Positions 10,510 to 18,590 of a stretch of 64,000 nt of DNA are shown here, one piece after another. The stretch comes from Gaiellaceae bacterium (GTDB lineage: Bacteria > Actinomycetota > Thermoleophilia > Gaiellales > Gaiellaceae): NCBI GenBank assembly GCA_035473395.1, contig DATIOF010000088.1, positions 196-64,195 on the forward strand, given 5' to 3'. Each line of letters begins with the position of its first letter. Positions within the stretch are counted from its first letter, which is position 1. The position numbers and the translations under genes are program-made. The notes under the pieces are model-generated. The model did not search any database. It was not told the origin of the DNA and saw only the letters and a list, made by a program, of their open reading frames with translations.

Positions 10510-11366
10510 AGGTCGGCCGGTAGCGGCGACTCCACCTCGACGCGCTCGCCGCTGAGCGGATGCGGGAACGCGAGCCGCCAGGCATGCAGGAACTGGCGCT
10601 TGAGCCGCTCGTCGGGGACGCCGTAGACCGGGTCGCCCACGACCGGAAGCCCGATCGCCGCCAGGTGGACACGGATCTGGTGTGTACGGCCGGTCTCGAG
10701 CCGGACGTCGAGCAGCGCGTGCCGGTCGAGCAATCGTTCGACCTCGAAGTGCGTGATCGCCTCGCGCGGAGTGTCGGTGTCGAGCGAGTGGCGCGTCGGC
10801 TCGCGCCGGTCGCGGCCGATCGGCGCCTCGATTCGTCCGGTCCAGGAGCGCGGCCGCCCGCGGACGAGCGCCTTGTAGCGCCGCTCGAGCTCCCGCGCTC
10901 GCACCAGCTCCTGCAGCTTCACGTAGGCGTCCTCGCTGCGGGCGACGACGAGCAGGCCCGAGGTGTCGCGGTCGAGCCGGTGGACGATGCCCGGCCGCTC
11001 TTCGTCCTCCCCACCCGCGGCCAGGCCGACGAGCCCGTGCACGAGTGTGCCGCTCGCGTGGCCCGGCGACGGATGGACGACGACGCCGGCCGGCTTGTCG
11101 ACGACCAGGAGGTGCTCGTCCTCCCAGGCGATTCCGAGCGGCACGTCTTCGCGCTCGAGCTCGTGGGAAACGGGCTCCGGAACGGTCAGCTCCACCTGCT
11201 CCCCACCCTCGAGCCGGAACGACTTCGGCCGGCGCTCGCCGTCCACGACCGCCGCGCCGTCCTCCACGAGCCGCTCGGCCGCGGCGCGCGAGCCCACCGC
11301 CGGCAGCGAGGCGAGGAAGCGATCGAGCCGCTCCCCTGCGGCCTCGGCGGGAACGGAGACTCTCAG
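10479..11366 (-). CDS. rluD: 23S rRNA pseudouridine synthase (RluA/RluD family, S4 domain N-terminus)
   Basis: GERLDRFLA...VVDKPAGVVVHPS...HRLDRDTSGLLVVA...GRTHQIRVHLA. The 5' end is placed at a CTG that overlaps the lspA stop (CTGA). No ATG, GTG or TTG lies close upstream of the S4 domain. Confidence 0.85.
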   Translation of the reverse strand: MRVSVPAEAAGERLDRFLASLPAVGSRAAAERLVEDGAAVVDGERRPKSFRLEGGEQVELTVPEPVSHELEREDVPLGIAWEDEHLLVVDKPAGVVVHPSPGHASGTLVHGLVGLAAGGEDEERPGIVHRLDRDTSGLLVVARSEDAYVKLQELVRARELERRYKALVRGRPRSWTGRIEAPIGRDRREPTRHSLDTDTPREAITHFEVERLLDRHALLDVRLETGRTHQIRVHLAAIGLPVVGDPVYGVPDERLKRQFLHAWRLAFPHPLSGERVEVESPLPADLQAALARFDS

Positions 11367-11908
11367 CGTGTCTCGCCGCTCAGCAACGCGAGGAACAGGA
11401 TCGCGACGCCGACGACGATGAAGCTGTCTGCGAGGTTGAAGGCCGGCCAGTACTTGAGGTCGAGGAAGTCCGTCACGTGCCCGAGCCGGATGCGGTCGAT
11501 CAGGTTCGAAGTAGAGCCGCCGATCAGCAGGCCGAGCGCGACCGGCAAGACCGGGTGCCGCGCGCCCGACCGCGCGAAGTAGACGAGCATCCAGCCGACC
11601 GCGAGCGCCGTCAGCGCGGTCACCACGGGCGTCGCGCTCGAGAAGAGCCCGAAGGCGATGCCGGAGTTCTGGACGTGGTGGATCGCGAAGGGCCCGAGCA
11701 CGTGCAGCGACTCGTCGAAGGCGAGCTGCGTCGAGACGATCAGCTTCGTCAGCTGGTCGGCCGCGATCGCGGCAAGCACGACCGCTCCGAGGCCGGCCCA
11801 TTGAGGGGCACGCGCCGCGAGCGAGCGCTCGGCGACGGAGACCGGCGTCAGCGCGTCCGTGCTGGAGCCGACGCGGACGTCGTAGGTCCGCGGCGCGGAC
11901 TCGTTCAA
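11363..11908 (-). CDS. lspA: Lipoprotein signal peptidase II
   Basis: AADQLTKLIV...IHHVQNSGIAFG...GGSTSNLIDRIRLGHVTDFLD...FNLADSFI. The start is tentatively TTG 11908, which overlaps the upstream stop (TTGA). The ATG at 11953 is the alternative. Confidence 0.8.
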   Translation of the reverse strand: MNESAPRTYDVRVGSSTDALTPVSVAERSLAARAPQWAGLGAVVLAAIAADQLTKLIVSTQLAFDESLHVLGPFAIHHVQNSGIAFGLFSSATPVVTALTALAVGWMLVYFARSGARHPVLPVALGLLIGGSTSNLIDRIRLGHVTDFLDLKYWPAFNLADSFIVVGVAILFLALLSGETR

Positions 11909-12273
11909 CTCCGCTCCTCCTTGCGCTTGCAGTCGATGCACTGGGTCGTCCACGGCACCGCCTCGAGCCGCTCCTCCCCGATGGCCTCACCGCGTGTGCT
12001 GCAGATGCCGTAGGCGCCCTCCTCGATGCGCTTCAGGGCCGCGTCGATCGCGTCGAGCATCCGCTCCTCGTTGTCCTCGAGCGTCGCATCGAGCTCGCGG
12101 TCGTAGGTCGAGGTGGCGTCGTCGGCGAGGTGGTTGTCGCTCTGGATCTCCTCGCGCTCGTCCTGGAGCAGGCCTTGGTCGTCCTTCTTCAGATACTCGA
12201 GCGCGTCCTGCACGCGCTTGCGCTCCTCGAGAAGCCGGTCGCGGAAATGGTCGAGATCGAGGGCCGCGCTCAC
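11905..12273 (-). CDS. DksA/TraR-family zinc-finger-like protein
   Basis: ...LEDNEERMLDAIDAALKRIEEGAYGICSTRGEAIGEERLEAVPWTTQCIDC. The fold is DksA-like, but the first CxxC is CSTR. GTG start at 12273. Confidence 0.7.
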   Translation of the reverse strand: MSAALDLDHFRDRLLEERKRVQDALEYLKKDDQGLLQDEREEIQSDNHLADDATSTYDRELDATLEDNEERMLDAIDAALKRIEEGAYGICSTRGEAIGEERLEAVPWTTQCIDCKRKEERS

Positions 12274-12304
12274 TGCGACCCAGTATAGGTTCGGGGACTC
12301 GGGG

Positions 12305-12733
12305 TCAGGCGGCCTGCGCGTCGCCCTCTGCGTCCTCGACCGCGTCGAGGGCGGCTTCCAGCAGCGCGCGCACCTTGCGCGCGTCGGCGAGCAGCCGCGC
12401 ACGCTCGGCGGCCGCTGCACGCGTGACTTCTCGCGCTTCGGCGTGTGCCTCGCCGACGACCAGCTCGGCCTCGCGCTTCGCCTGGTCCTTCAGCTCGTGG
12501 GCGGATTTCTCGGCCGAGACGAGTGTCGTGCGCAGCAGCGACTCGAGGTCGCGGTGACGCGAGAGCTCGCCCTCGAGCTGCTCGATCTTGTCGGCGTAGT
12601 CGGCGCGCTGCCGCCAGACCTCCTCGAACGAGTCGGCGATCTCGAGGATCAGCTCGTCGACGGGCCCGCGACGGTAGCCGAGCAGGCCCCGCTTGAGGCG
12701 TATGTGGTGAAGCTCCACCGGCGTGATGGTCAT
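12305..12733 (-). CDS. divIVA: DivIVA-domain cell-division/polar growth protein
   Basis: MTITPVELHHIRLKRGLLGYRRGPVDELILEIA followed by coiled coil. GGAGGA lies upstream of ATG 12733. Position after yggT is typical. Confidence 0.88.
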   Translation of the reverse strand: MTITPVELHHIRLKRGLLGYRRGPVDELILEIADSFEEVWRQRADYADKIEQLEGELSRHRDLESLLRTTLVSAEKSAHELKDQAKREAELVVGEAHAEAREVTRAAAAERARLLADARKVRALLEAALDAVEDAEGDAQAA

Positions 12734-12743
12734 GACGTCCTCC

Positions 12744-13046
12744 TCAGGAGTAGTGGGCGAAGAGCGCGTCGACAACGCGCATCAGCGCGACCAACGCGAG
12801 CAGGGCCACGACCGGCGAGAGATCGAGCGGGCCGAACGGCGGCAGGATCCGCCGGAAGATCCGCAGGTACGGCTCGCAGACGTCCCGCAGGAACTCCGTC
12901 ACCCGCCGCACCCAGACCGTGTACGGCAGCCGCACCCACGAGAGGAGCACGTACACGAACAGCAGCAGGATGTAGACCCACAGGAACGTGTCGATCAGCG
13001 TGTTCGCCGTCGAGGCGGCGTCAGCGAGCAGCGCAAGCGTGGCCAT
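12744..13046 (-). CDS. yggT: YggT-family membrane protein
   Basis: 100 aa with two TM segments: ...YILLLFVYVLLSWV...LDLSPVVALLAL. Conserved sepF-yggT-divIVA order. Confidence 0.85.
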   Translation of the reverse strand: MATLALLADAASTANTLIDTFLWVYILLLFVYVLLSWVRLPYTVWVRRVTEFLRDVCEPYLRIFRRILPPFGPLDLSPVVALLALVALMRVVDALFAHYS

Positions 13047-13085
13047 CAGACCTGAGTTCGGGTCGGCACGCGCGAATCCTGGCCG

Positions 13086-13652
13086 TTAGGCCTGGTTGAA
13101 AAACCCGCGCTCCAACAGGCGTGCTCGTTCCTCGGCCGAGACCTGCACGTTGCGCGGCGTGAGCAAGAAGACCTTGTCGGCGACGCGCTGCATGCCGCCG
13201 TCGAGGGCGTAGGTGAGGCCGCTCGTGAAGTCGATCAGGCGCTTCGACAGCTCCGAGTCGGCTCCCTGGAGGTTGAGGATCACCGGGATCCCGTCCTTGA
13301 ACTTGTCCGCGATCTGTTGCGCGTCGTTGAAGCTGCGCGGCACGACGAGATGCACCTGCACCGACGGGATCGCGCCGATCGGCCCGGGCGACGGGGCGGC
13401 CTGCGCGGAGCGGCGGTTGTTCCGCGGGCGCAGCACGGCCGTGGCCGGCGCGGCCTCCTCGGGATCCGGGTCGGTCCAGTCGTCGAAATCGCGCTGGCGG
13501 CCCCTCGGCGTGAGCCGGCGGACGTTCGGGCGCTCGCTATAGGTGCGCTCGAGGTCCTCCTCGGTCAGGTACCCGTCCTCGTCCCACTCGTCGTCCTCCT
13601 CGGCGATCCCGAAGTAGACGAGCGTGCGGTTCCAAACGTCTGCAAATCCCAT
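13086..13652 (-). CDS. sepF: Cell division protein SepF
   Basis: MGFADVWNRTLVYFGIAEEDD...VVPRSFNDAQQIADKFKDGIPVILNLQ...DFTSGLTYALDGGMQRVADKVFLLTP. Confidence 0.92.
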   Translation of the reverse strand: MGFADVWNRTLVYFGIAEEDDEWDEDGYLTEEDLERTYSERPNVRRLTPRGRQRDFDDWTDPDPEEAAPATAVLRPRNNRRSAQAAPSPGPIGAIPSVQVHLVVPRSFNDAQQIADKFKDGIPVILNLQGADSELSKRLIDFTSGLTYALDGGMQRVADKVFLLTPRNVQVSAEERARLLERGFFNQA

Positions 13653-13664
13653 GATTTCCGGATG

Positions 13665-14264
13665 TTACCCCTCGTACAGAACGGATCCCAGCCGGACCAT
13701 GGTCGCCCCTTCGTCGGCTGCCACGCGGTAGTCCTGGCTCGTACCCATCGACAGCTCGCGCAGGCCGTGACGCTCCGCCAGCTCGCGCAGGCGGCGGAAG
13801 TACGGGCGTGACCCCTCGGGGTCGTTCGTGGCCGGCGGCATCGTCATCAGGCCGACCACGTTTCCGTAGACGGACAGAAAGTCCTCCAGCTCGGGCTCCG
13901 GGATCCCCGACTTCGTCTCCTCGCCCGAGAGGTTGACCTCGACGAGGGCGGGGATCGTCAGCCGCTTCGCCGCCGATTCGCTCGCGAGCGAGTGGCAGAG
14001 CTCGCAGAGCTCGTTGACGGTCGCCGCCTTCCGGCTCTGTAGGTGGCCGATGAAGTGCCAGCGGAAGGCGCCGCCGTGCAGGGCGTGCTTGGCGACCAGG
14101 TCCTGCGCGCGGTTCTCGCCGACGACCTCGATCCCGGCCTCCGCGAGCGCGCCGAGGTCCTCGGCTGCGACGTACTTGATCGCGGCGACGATCGTGACCC
14201 CGGGCCCCAGCTCGGCGAGGATGCGCTCGTAGTTCGCGCGGACGGTCTCAGGCGATAAGGCCAA
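13665..14264 (-). CDS. yggS: YggS-family pyridoxal-phosphate homeostasis protein
   Basis: VAAIKYV...GENRAQDL...WHFIGHLQSRK...LSMGTSQDY...VRLGSVLY. Confidence 0.88.
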   Translation of the reverse strand: MALSPETVRANYERILAELGPGVTIVAAIKYVAAEDLGALAEAGIEVVGENRAQDLVAKHALHGGAFRWHFIGHLQSRKAATVNELCELCHSLASESAAKRLTIPALVEVNLSGEETKSGIPEPELEDFLSVYGNVVGLMTMPPATNDPEGSRPYFRRLRELAERHGLRELSMGTSQDYRVAADEGATMVRLGSVLYEG

Positions 14265-14952
14265 TGACTCCCTGCCGCCCCGTCACGCCCTCGTCTCGGC
14301 GATGCGAGAAGAAGCGGTCCGGCGCGCACGCCGTGCAGAGGTCGACGCGGTCGACGCGCACGCAGCCGGCCGCGCGCAACGAGCGCTCGGCGGCGCTCCA
14401 GAGGTCGAGCTTCCCGTCGCGCACCAGCCCGAGCCCGAAGGCCCGGCGAAACTGCGCGGCCACCTCCTCCCCCACCTCGTAGCAGCACGGCCCGATTCCC
14501 GGCCCGACGATCGCCGAGACGAGCCCGCCGCCGAGCGCCTGCACGCCTGACGACGCGATCCCACCGAGCAAGCCGCGCCACCCGGCGTGCAGGACCGCGA
14601 GCGCCGGCGTGCCCCCGTTCGCCCGTGCGAGCGCAATCGGGAGGCAGTCGGCCGCCAGCGCCAGGAGCGGCAGCCCGCGTTCGTCCGTCCAGAGCCCGTC
14701 GCCGCGCTCGCCGCGCGAGCCGGCCTTGCCGCGGAGCACGTCGGTCGAGTGGTGCTGGTAGTTCATCGCCAGCGCGTCCGGGTCGGCACCGACTTCCGCG
14801 CATAGGCGCCGGCGGTTCTCGTCCACCCGCTCGGGCTCGTCGGCGGTCGCGCGGCCGAGGTTCAGCGAGGCGAACGGGCCTTCGCTGACGCCGCCTGCTC
14901 GCGTCGAGAAGACGACCTCGTACGGGCCGGGAGCGTCCTCCCAGCGGATCAC
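14248..14952 (-). CDS. pgeF: YfiH/PgeF-family (DUF152, laccase-domain) protein
   Basis: FSTRAGGVSEGPFASLNLG...ADCLPI...VLHAGWRG...GPGIGPCCYEVG...CTACAPDRFFSHRRD. The GTG at 14952 overlaps the upstream stop (GTGA). Confidence 0.88.
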   Translation of the reverse strand: MIRWEDAPGPYEVVFSTRAGGVSEGPFASLNLGRATADEPERVDENRRRLCAEVGADPDALAMNYQHHSTDVLRGKAGSRGERGDGLWTDERGLPLLALAADCLPIALARANGGTPALAVLHAGWRGLLGGIASSGVQALGGGLVSAIVGPGIGPCCYEVGEEVAAQFRRAFGLGLVRDGKLDLWSAAERSLRAAGCVRVDRVDLCTACAPDRFFSHRRDEGVTGRQGVIGLIA

Positions 14953-16187
14953 TGGGCGATCAGCTCCATCGCCGCAGCGAGCTCCGACTCGCGGCCAGCG
15001 AGCTCGCCGTTCAGCTTCCGCCGGCGCAGCTCCGCCAGCACCTCTCCAACCCGCGGCGACTCGGCGAGGCCCAGCTCGGCCAGGTCGGTTCCGTCGACCT
15101 CGAGCCGCACGTCGCGGAGCCGCTCGAAGTAGTCGCGCAGCGCCGCGGAGTCCTCGAGCCCCAGCGCGAAGAGCGCCGCGTCGGGCGGGTACGGCTCCGC
15201 GAGCGCGACGACCTCGGCGGGCTCGCGTGGCTTGCGCAACTGCTCGGCCAGTTCGGGCCCTGCCGTGATCGCCGCCGCGATCGCCTGCGCGTCCTGCCGT
15301 CGCACCTTCAGGCCGTCGAGCCAGGCGCGCGGCTCGGCGACCCCGCGCGCAAGGGCGGCCAGGCCGAGACGCCACGACGGGATGCCGAGCCCGTAGCCGT
15401 CGCGCAGCTCCCGCAGTCGGTCGAACAGCACGCGCGCCTCGTCGTTCGCGACGAGGTCGGGCCGAATCGCCCGATCCGCGCCGAGCTCCGCTAGACGGTC
15501 GAACGACCGGTCGGCCCGAGGCTCGTCGAGCAGTAGGACGAGCTCGTCGCGCAAGCGCGCGGGTGAGAGCCGGCCGACGAGCCCGGAGCCGGCGGCCTCG
15601 CGGGCGAGCCCGGCCGTGTGCTCGTCCAGCTCGAAGCCGTAGCGGCTCGCGTAGCGAATGGCCCGGAAGAGGCGCGTCGGGTCGTCGATGAACGAGCCGT
15701 CGTGGAGCACGCGGATCGTCCTCGCCTCGAGGTCGCGCCTGCCCTCGTAGGGGTCGACCAGCTGCCCGGCGGCGTCGCCCGTCAGCCCGACGGCCATGGC
15801 GTTGATCGTGAAGTCGCGCCGGAAGAGATCGTCCTGGATCGTCGAGGGCTCGACGCTCGGGAGCGCGGCCGGCGACTCGTAGCGCTCGCTGCGGGCCGTG
15901 ACCACATCGACGTGGTCGCCCTCTCCGTACTCGACGACGGCCGTGCCGAAGGCGTCGTGGGGCCGCACGCTGCCGGCCAGCTTCTGCGCGAGCGCCTGCG
16001 CGAACTCCTGTCCGTCGCCCTCGACGGCGAGGTCGACGTCGAAGCCCGGCTCGCCGAGCAGGATGTCCCGAACCGTGCCGCCGACGAGGTAGATCCCGCT
16101 CGCGCGTCCGACGGCCGAGACCGCGTCGAGCACGGGCCGCAGCCGCTCGTCGCGGCTCAGGGCGTCAGCGATCCGGTCCGCTCCCAT
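14949..16187 (-). CDS. cca: CCA-adding enzyme / poly(A) polymerase-family tRNA nucleotidyltransferase
   Basis: YLVGGTVRDILLGEPGFDVDLAVEG...RDFTINAMAV...DPTRLFRAIRYASR. The start is placed at Met189 of the track ORF. Confidence 0.85.
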   Translation of the reverse strand: MGADRIADALSRDERLRPVLDAVSAVGRASGIYLVGGTVRDILLGEPGFDVDLAVEGDGQEFAQALAQKLAGSVRPHDAFGTAVVEYGEGDHVDVVTARSERYESPAALPSVEPSTIQDDLFRRDFTINAMAVGLTGDAAGQLVDPYEGRRDLEARTIRVLHDGSFIDDPTRLFRAIRYASRYGFELDEHTAGLAREAAGSGLVGRLSPARLRDELVLLLDEPRADRSFDRLAELGADRAIRPDLVANDEARVLFDRLRELRDGYGLGIPSWRLGLAALARGVAEPRAWLDGLKVRRQDAQAIAAAITAGPELAEQLRKPREPAEVVALAEPYPPDAALFALGLEDSAALRDYFERLRDVRLEVDGTDLAELGLAESPRVGEVLAELRRRKLNGELAGRESELAAAMELIAQ

Positions 16188-16222
16188 CCGCCCATTCTGC
16201 CGCCGGCCTGGGGACAAAGCGG

Positions 16223-16305
16223 CGCACTCTCGACGCGCTCCGGTCACTGACACGTGCGAAGTTCCGGCATACGATCGCCTTGGGGAGGAGGCCGGGCGAA
16301 CCGTA
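16223..16305. repeat. Conserved intergenic motif, copy A (bipartite box plus CCUCC-loop hairpin)
   Basis: 16243-16305 matches 49201-49263 at 53/63 positions (hand count), including the identical 23-mer GGGGAGGAGGCCGGGCGAACCGTA. cgcactctc at 16223-16231 matches the third box seen in all three copies. Confidence 0.75.
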
Positions 16306-16324
16306 CTCAGACCCCGTCGGCGGT

Positions 16325-16714
16325 TCAGCCGGCCAGCGCGATCGCCTCGATCTCGAGCTTCGCGCCCGAGGGCAGCGCGGAGACCTCGATCGTCGCGCGG
16401 GCGGGCGGCGTCTCTCCAACGTGCCGCGCGTAGACCTCGTTCATCCCCGCGAAGTCGCCGAGGTCGGTCAGGAAGACGGTCGTCTTGACGAGGCGATCGA
16501 GCCCGCTGCCCGCTTCCTCCAAAATCGCACGCAGGTTCGCGAAGACCTGCTCGGTCTGCTCGGCGATTCCCTCGCCGACGATCTCTGCGTGGTCCGGTCG
16601 CAGCGCGAGCTGGCCCGAGACGAACACGAACCCGTTCGCGCGGATCGCCTGCGAGTACGGAGCGCCCTGAAACGGCGCCGGAGCGGCCTCGGTGCGCACG
16701 ACTTCCTTCTCCAT
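16325..16714 (-). CDS. ridA: RidA/YjgF-family reactive enamine/imine deaminase
   Basis: APYSQAIRANGFVFVSGQLAL...KTTVFLTDLGDFAGMNEVY...PARATIEVSALPSGAKLEI. Confidence 0.92.
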   Translation of the reverse strand: MEKEVVRTEAAPAPFQGAPYSQAIRANGFVFVSGQLALRPDHAEIVGEGIAEQTEQVFANLRAILEEAGSGLDRLVKTTVFLTDLGDFAGMNEVYARHVGETPPARATIEVSALPSGAKLEIEAIALAG

Positions 16715-17256
16715 CAGTCCTCCCTCCGCCGCGGGCGGCAGCTCTGCGCAAGGGCGACGCCCAGCGCCTTGAAGATCGCCTCGAGGACGTGGTCGGGGTC
16801 GCTGCCCTCGATCAGCCTGACGTGCAACGTGAGCCCCGCGCCCTCGGCCAACGCGTTCAGGAACGTCGCCACGATGTCCCGAGCGAGCCCGGCGACGCGC
16901 GCGTCGCTGAGGTCGACGTTCGCAACGACCAGCGGTCGCCCCGACGCCTCGACGACGACATGCGCGAGCGCCTCGTCCGCGGGCACGGCGGCCGAGCCGT
17001 GGCCACGGACGCCCTTCTGCTCCAGCGCGCCGGCGAGCGCCTGGCCGAGCGCCCGGCCCGCTGCGGCGACCTCGGTCTCCGCGTCCCCGGGCGCAATCTC
17101 GAGCATCAGGTCGAACGACGCGTACTCGGCCAGCAGCCCGAGCAGGTGGTCGAGCACCGGCAGCCCGGTGGCGACGTTCGCCTCGCCGGAACCGGCCACG
17201 TCGACCCGCGCGTGCATGCGCCCGGCCTCGTCCGCCTGACCCAACCGGCCGGCCAC
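16714..17256 (-). CDS. Imidazoleglycerol-phosphate dehydratase-like protein with degenerate metal-binding motifs
   Basis: ATGLPVLDHLLGLL...GDAETEVAAAGRALGQAL...GSDPDHVLEAIFKALGVAL aligns to the IGPD fold, but the DxHHxxE motifs are largely lost. The GTG at 17256 abuts the murA stop. ATG 17217 is an alternative start. Confidence 0.7.
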   Translation of the reverse strand: MAGRLGQADEAGRMHARVDVAGSGEANVATGLPVLDHLLGLLAEYASFDLMLEIAPGDAETEVAAAGRALGQALAGALEQKGVRGHGSAAVPADEALAHVVVEASGRPLVVANVDLSDARVAGLARDIVATFLNALAEGAGLTLHVRLIEGSDPDHVLEAIFKALGVALAQSCRPRRRED

Positions 17257-18566
17257 TAGGCCTCGATGCGCTCGATCCGCGCGCCGAGCGAGCGGAGCCG
17301 CTCGTCGATGCGCTCGTAGCCGCGGTCGATCTCGCCGATGTTCCCGATCGTCGACGTGCCCTCGGCGCACAGCGCGGCCAGCAGCATCGCCATCCCGGCG
17401 CGGATGTCCGGGCTCGACATCTGCTGCCCGTAGAGCCTCGTCGGCCCCGTCACGACGGCCCGGTGCGGGTCGCAGAGGATGATCCGCGCCCCCATCGAGA
17501 CCAGCTTGTCGACGAAGAATAGGCGGCTCTCAAACATCTTCTCGAAGATCAGCACGGTGCCTCGCGCCTGCGTGGCGACGATCACCGCGATCGACGTCAG
17601 GTCGGCCGGGAAGGCGGGCCACGGCCCGTCCTCGACCTTCGGGATCTGGCCGCCGAGATCGTCCTGGATCACGAGCTCCTGGTCGGGCGGGACCCGCAGG
17701 CTGTCGCCCTCGATCTCACAGTGAATGCCGAGCCGCTCGAAGATCGGGAGGATCGCCGCCAGGTCCTTCGCGTCGATCCCGTCGATCGTGACGTCGCCAC
17801 CGGTGACCGCGGCGAGGCCGATGAAGCTGCCGACCTCGATGTGCTCCGGGCAGATGCGCCACTCGCCGCCGGAGAGCGAGTCGACGCCCTCGATGCGCAG
17901 CACGTTCGACTCGATGCCCTCGATCCGCGCGCCGAGCGAGACCAGGAACCGGCAGAGGTCCTGGATGTGCGGCTCGCAGGCGGCATTGCCGACCACGGTC
18001 TCACCCGGGGTCAGCACGGCGGCCATGACCGTGTTCTCGGTCGCCATCACGCTCGCTTCGTCGAGGAAGATGTGCTTGCCCCGCAGGCCTGACGTGCGCA
18101 GCTCGAAGCGGTCGCCGATGTCGATCTCCGCGCCCAGCTCGGCCAGGGCGTGGATGTGCGGATCGAGGCGACGCCGGCCGATCACGTCACCGCCCGGAGG
18201 CGGCACGCTCGCCCGGCCGAGGCGCGCGAGCAGCGGGCCGGCGAGCAGGAACGAGGCGCGGATCCGGCGCGCGAGCTCGGGGTCCAGCTCGTGCGAAGAG
18301 ACGTCCGCGGCATGAACACGGACCTCGTTCTCGCCGGTCCACTCCGCCTCGGCGCCCAGCGCCGAGATCAGCGCGATCATCGTCTCGACGTCGCGAATTC
18401 GCGGCATGTTGGATAGCACGACCGGCTCGCTCGTCAGCAGGCAGGCCGCGAGCACCGGCAGGGCGCCGTTCTTGTTCCCGGCAGCGCGAACGCGCCCGCT
18501 CAGGGGCTGCCCGCCCTCGATCACGAAGGACTCGGCGACGGCGTCGGTGACGGCGGTCTGGGCCAT
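17256..18566 (-). CDS. murA: UDP-N-acetylglucosamine 1-carboxyvinyltransferase
   Basis: [30 protein letters not shown]...[17 protein letters not shown]... Full-length MurA. Asp occupies the position of E. coli Cys115. Confidence 0.95.
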   Translation of the reverse strand: MAQTAVTDAVAESFVIEGGQPLSGRVRAAGNKNGALPVLAACLLTSEPVVLSNMPRIRDVETMIALISALGAEAEWTGENEVRVHAADVSSHELDPELARRIRASFLLAGPLLARLGRASVPPPGGDVIGRRRLDPHIHALAELGAEIDIGDRFELRTSGLRGKHIFLDEASVMATENTVMAAVLTPGETVVGNAACEPHIQDLCRFLVSLGARIEGIESNVLRIEGVDSLSGGEWRICPEHIEVGSFIGLAAVTGGDVTIDGIDAKDLAAILPIFERLGIHCEIEGDSLRVPPDQELVIQDDLGGQIPKVEDGPWPAFPADLTSIAVIVATQARGTVLIFEKMFESRLFFVDKLVSMGARIILCDPHRAVVTGPTRLYGQQMSSPDIRAGMAMLLAALCAEGTSTIGNIGEIDRGYERIDERLRSLGARIERIEA

Positions 18567-18590
18567 AAGAGGGCGCTATCGTAGCCCTCC

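Noticed and set aside
16269-16305. Calling the CCUCC-loop hairpin a 6C sRNA.
   Set aside because: 6C RNAs have two C-rich-loop hairpins and are usually single-copy stand-alone genes. Here there is one such hairpin. It occurs in two to three copies and is tied to a DNA-box arrangement in gene leaders.
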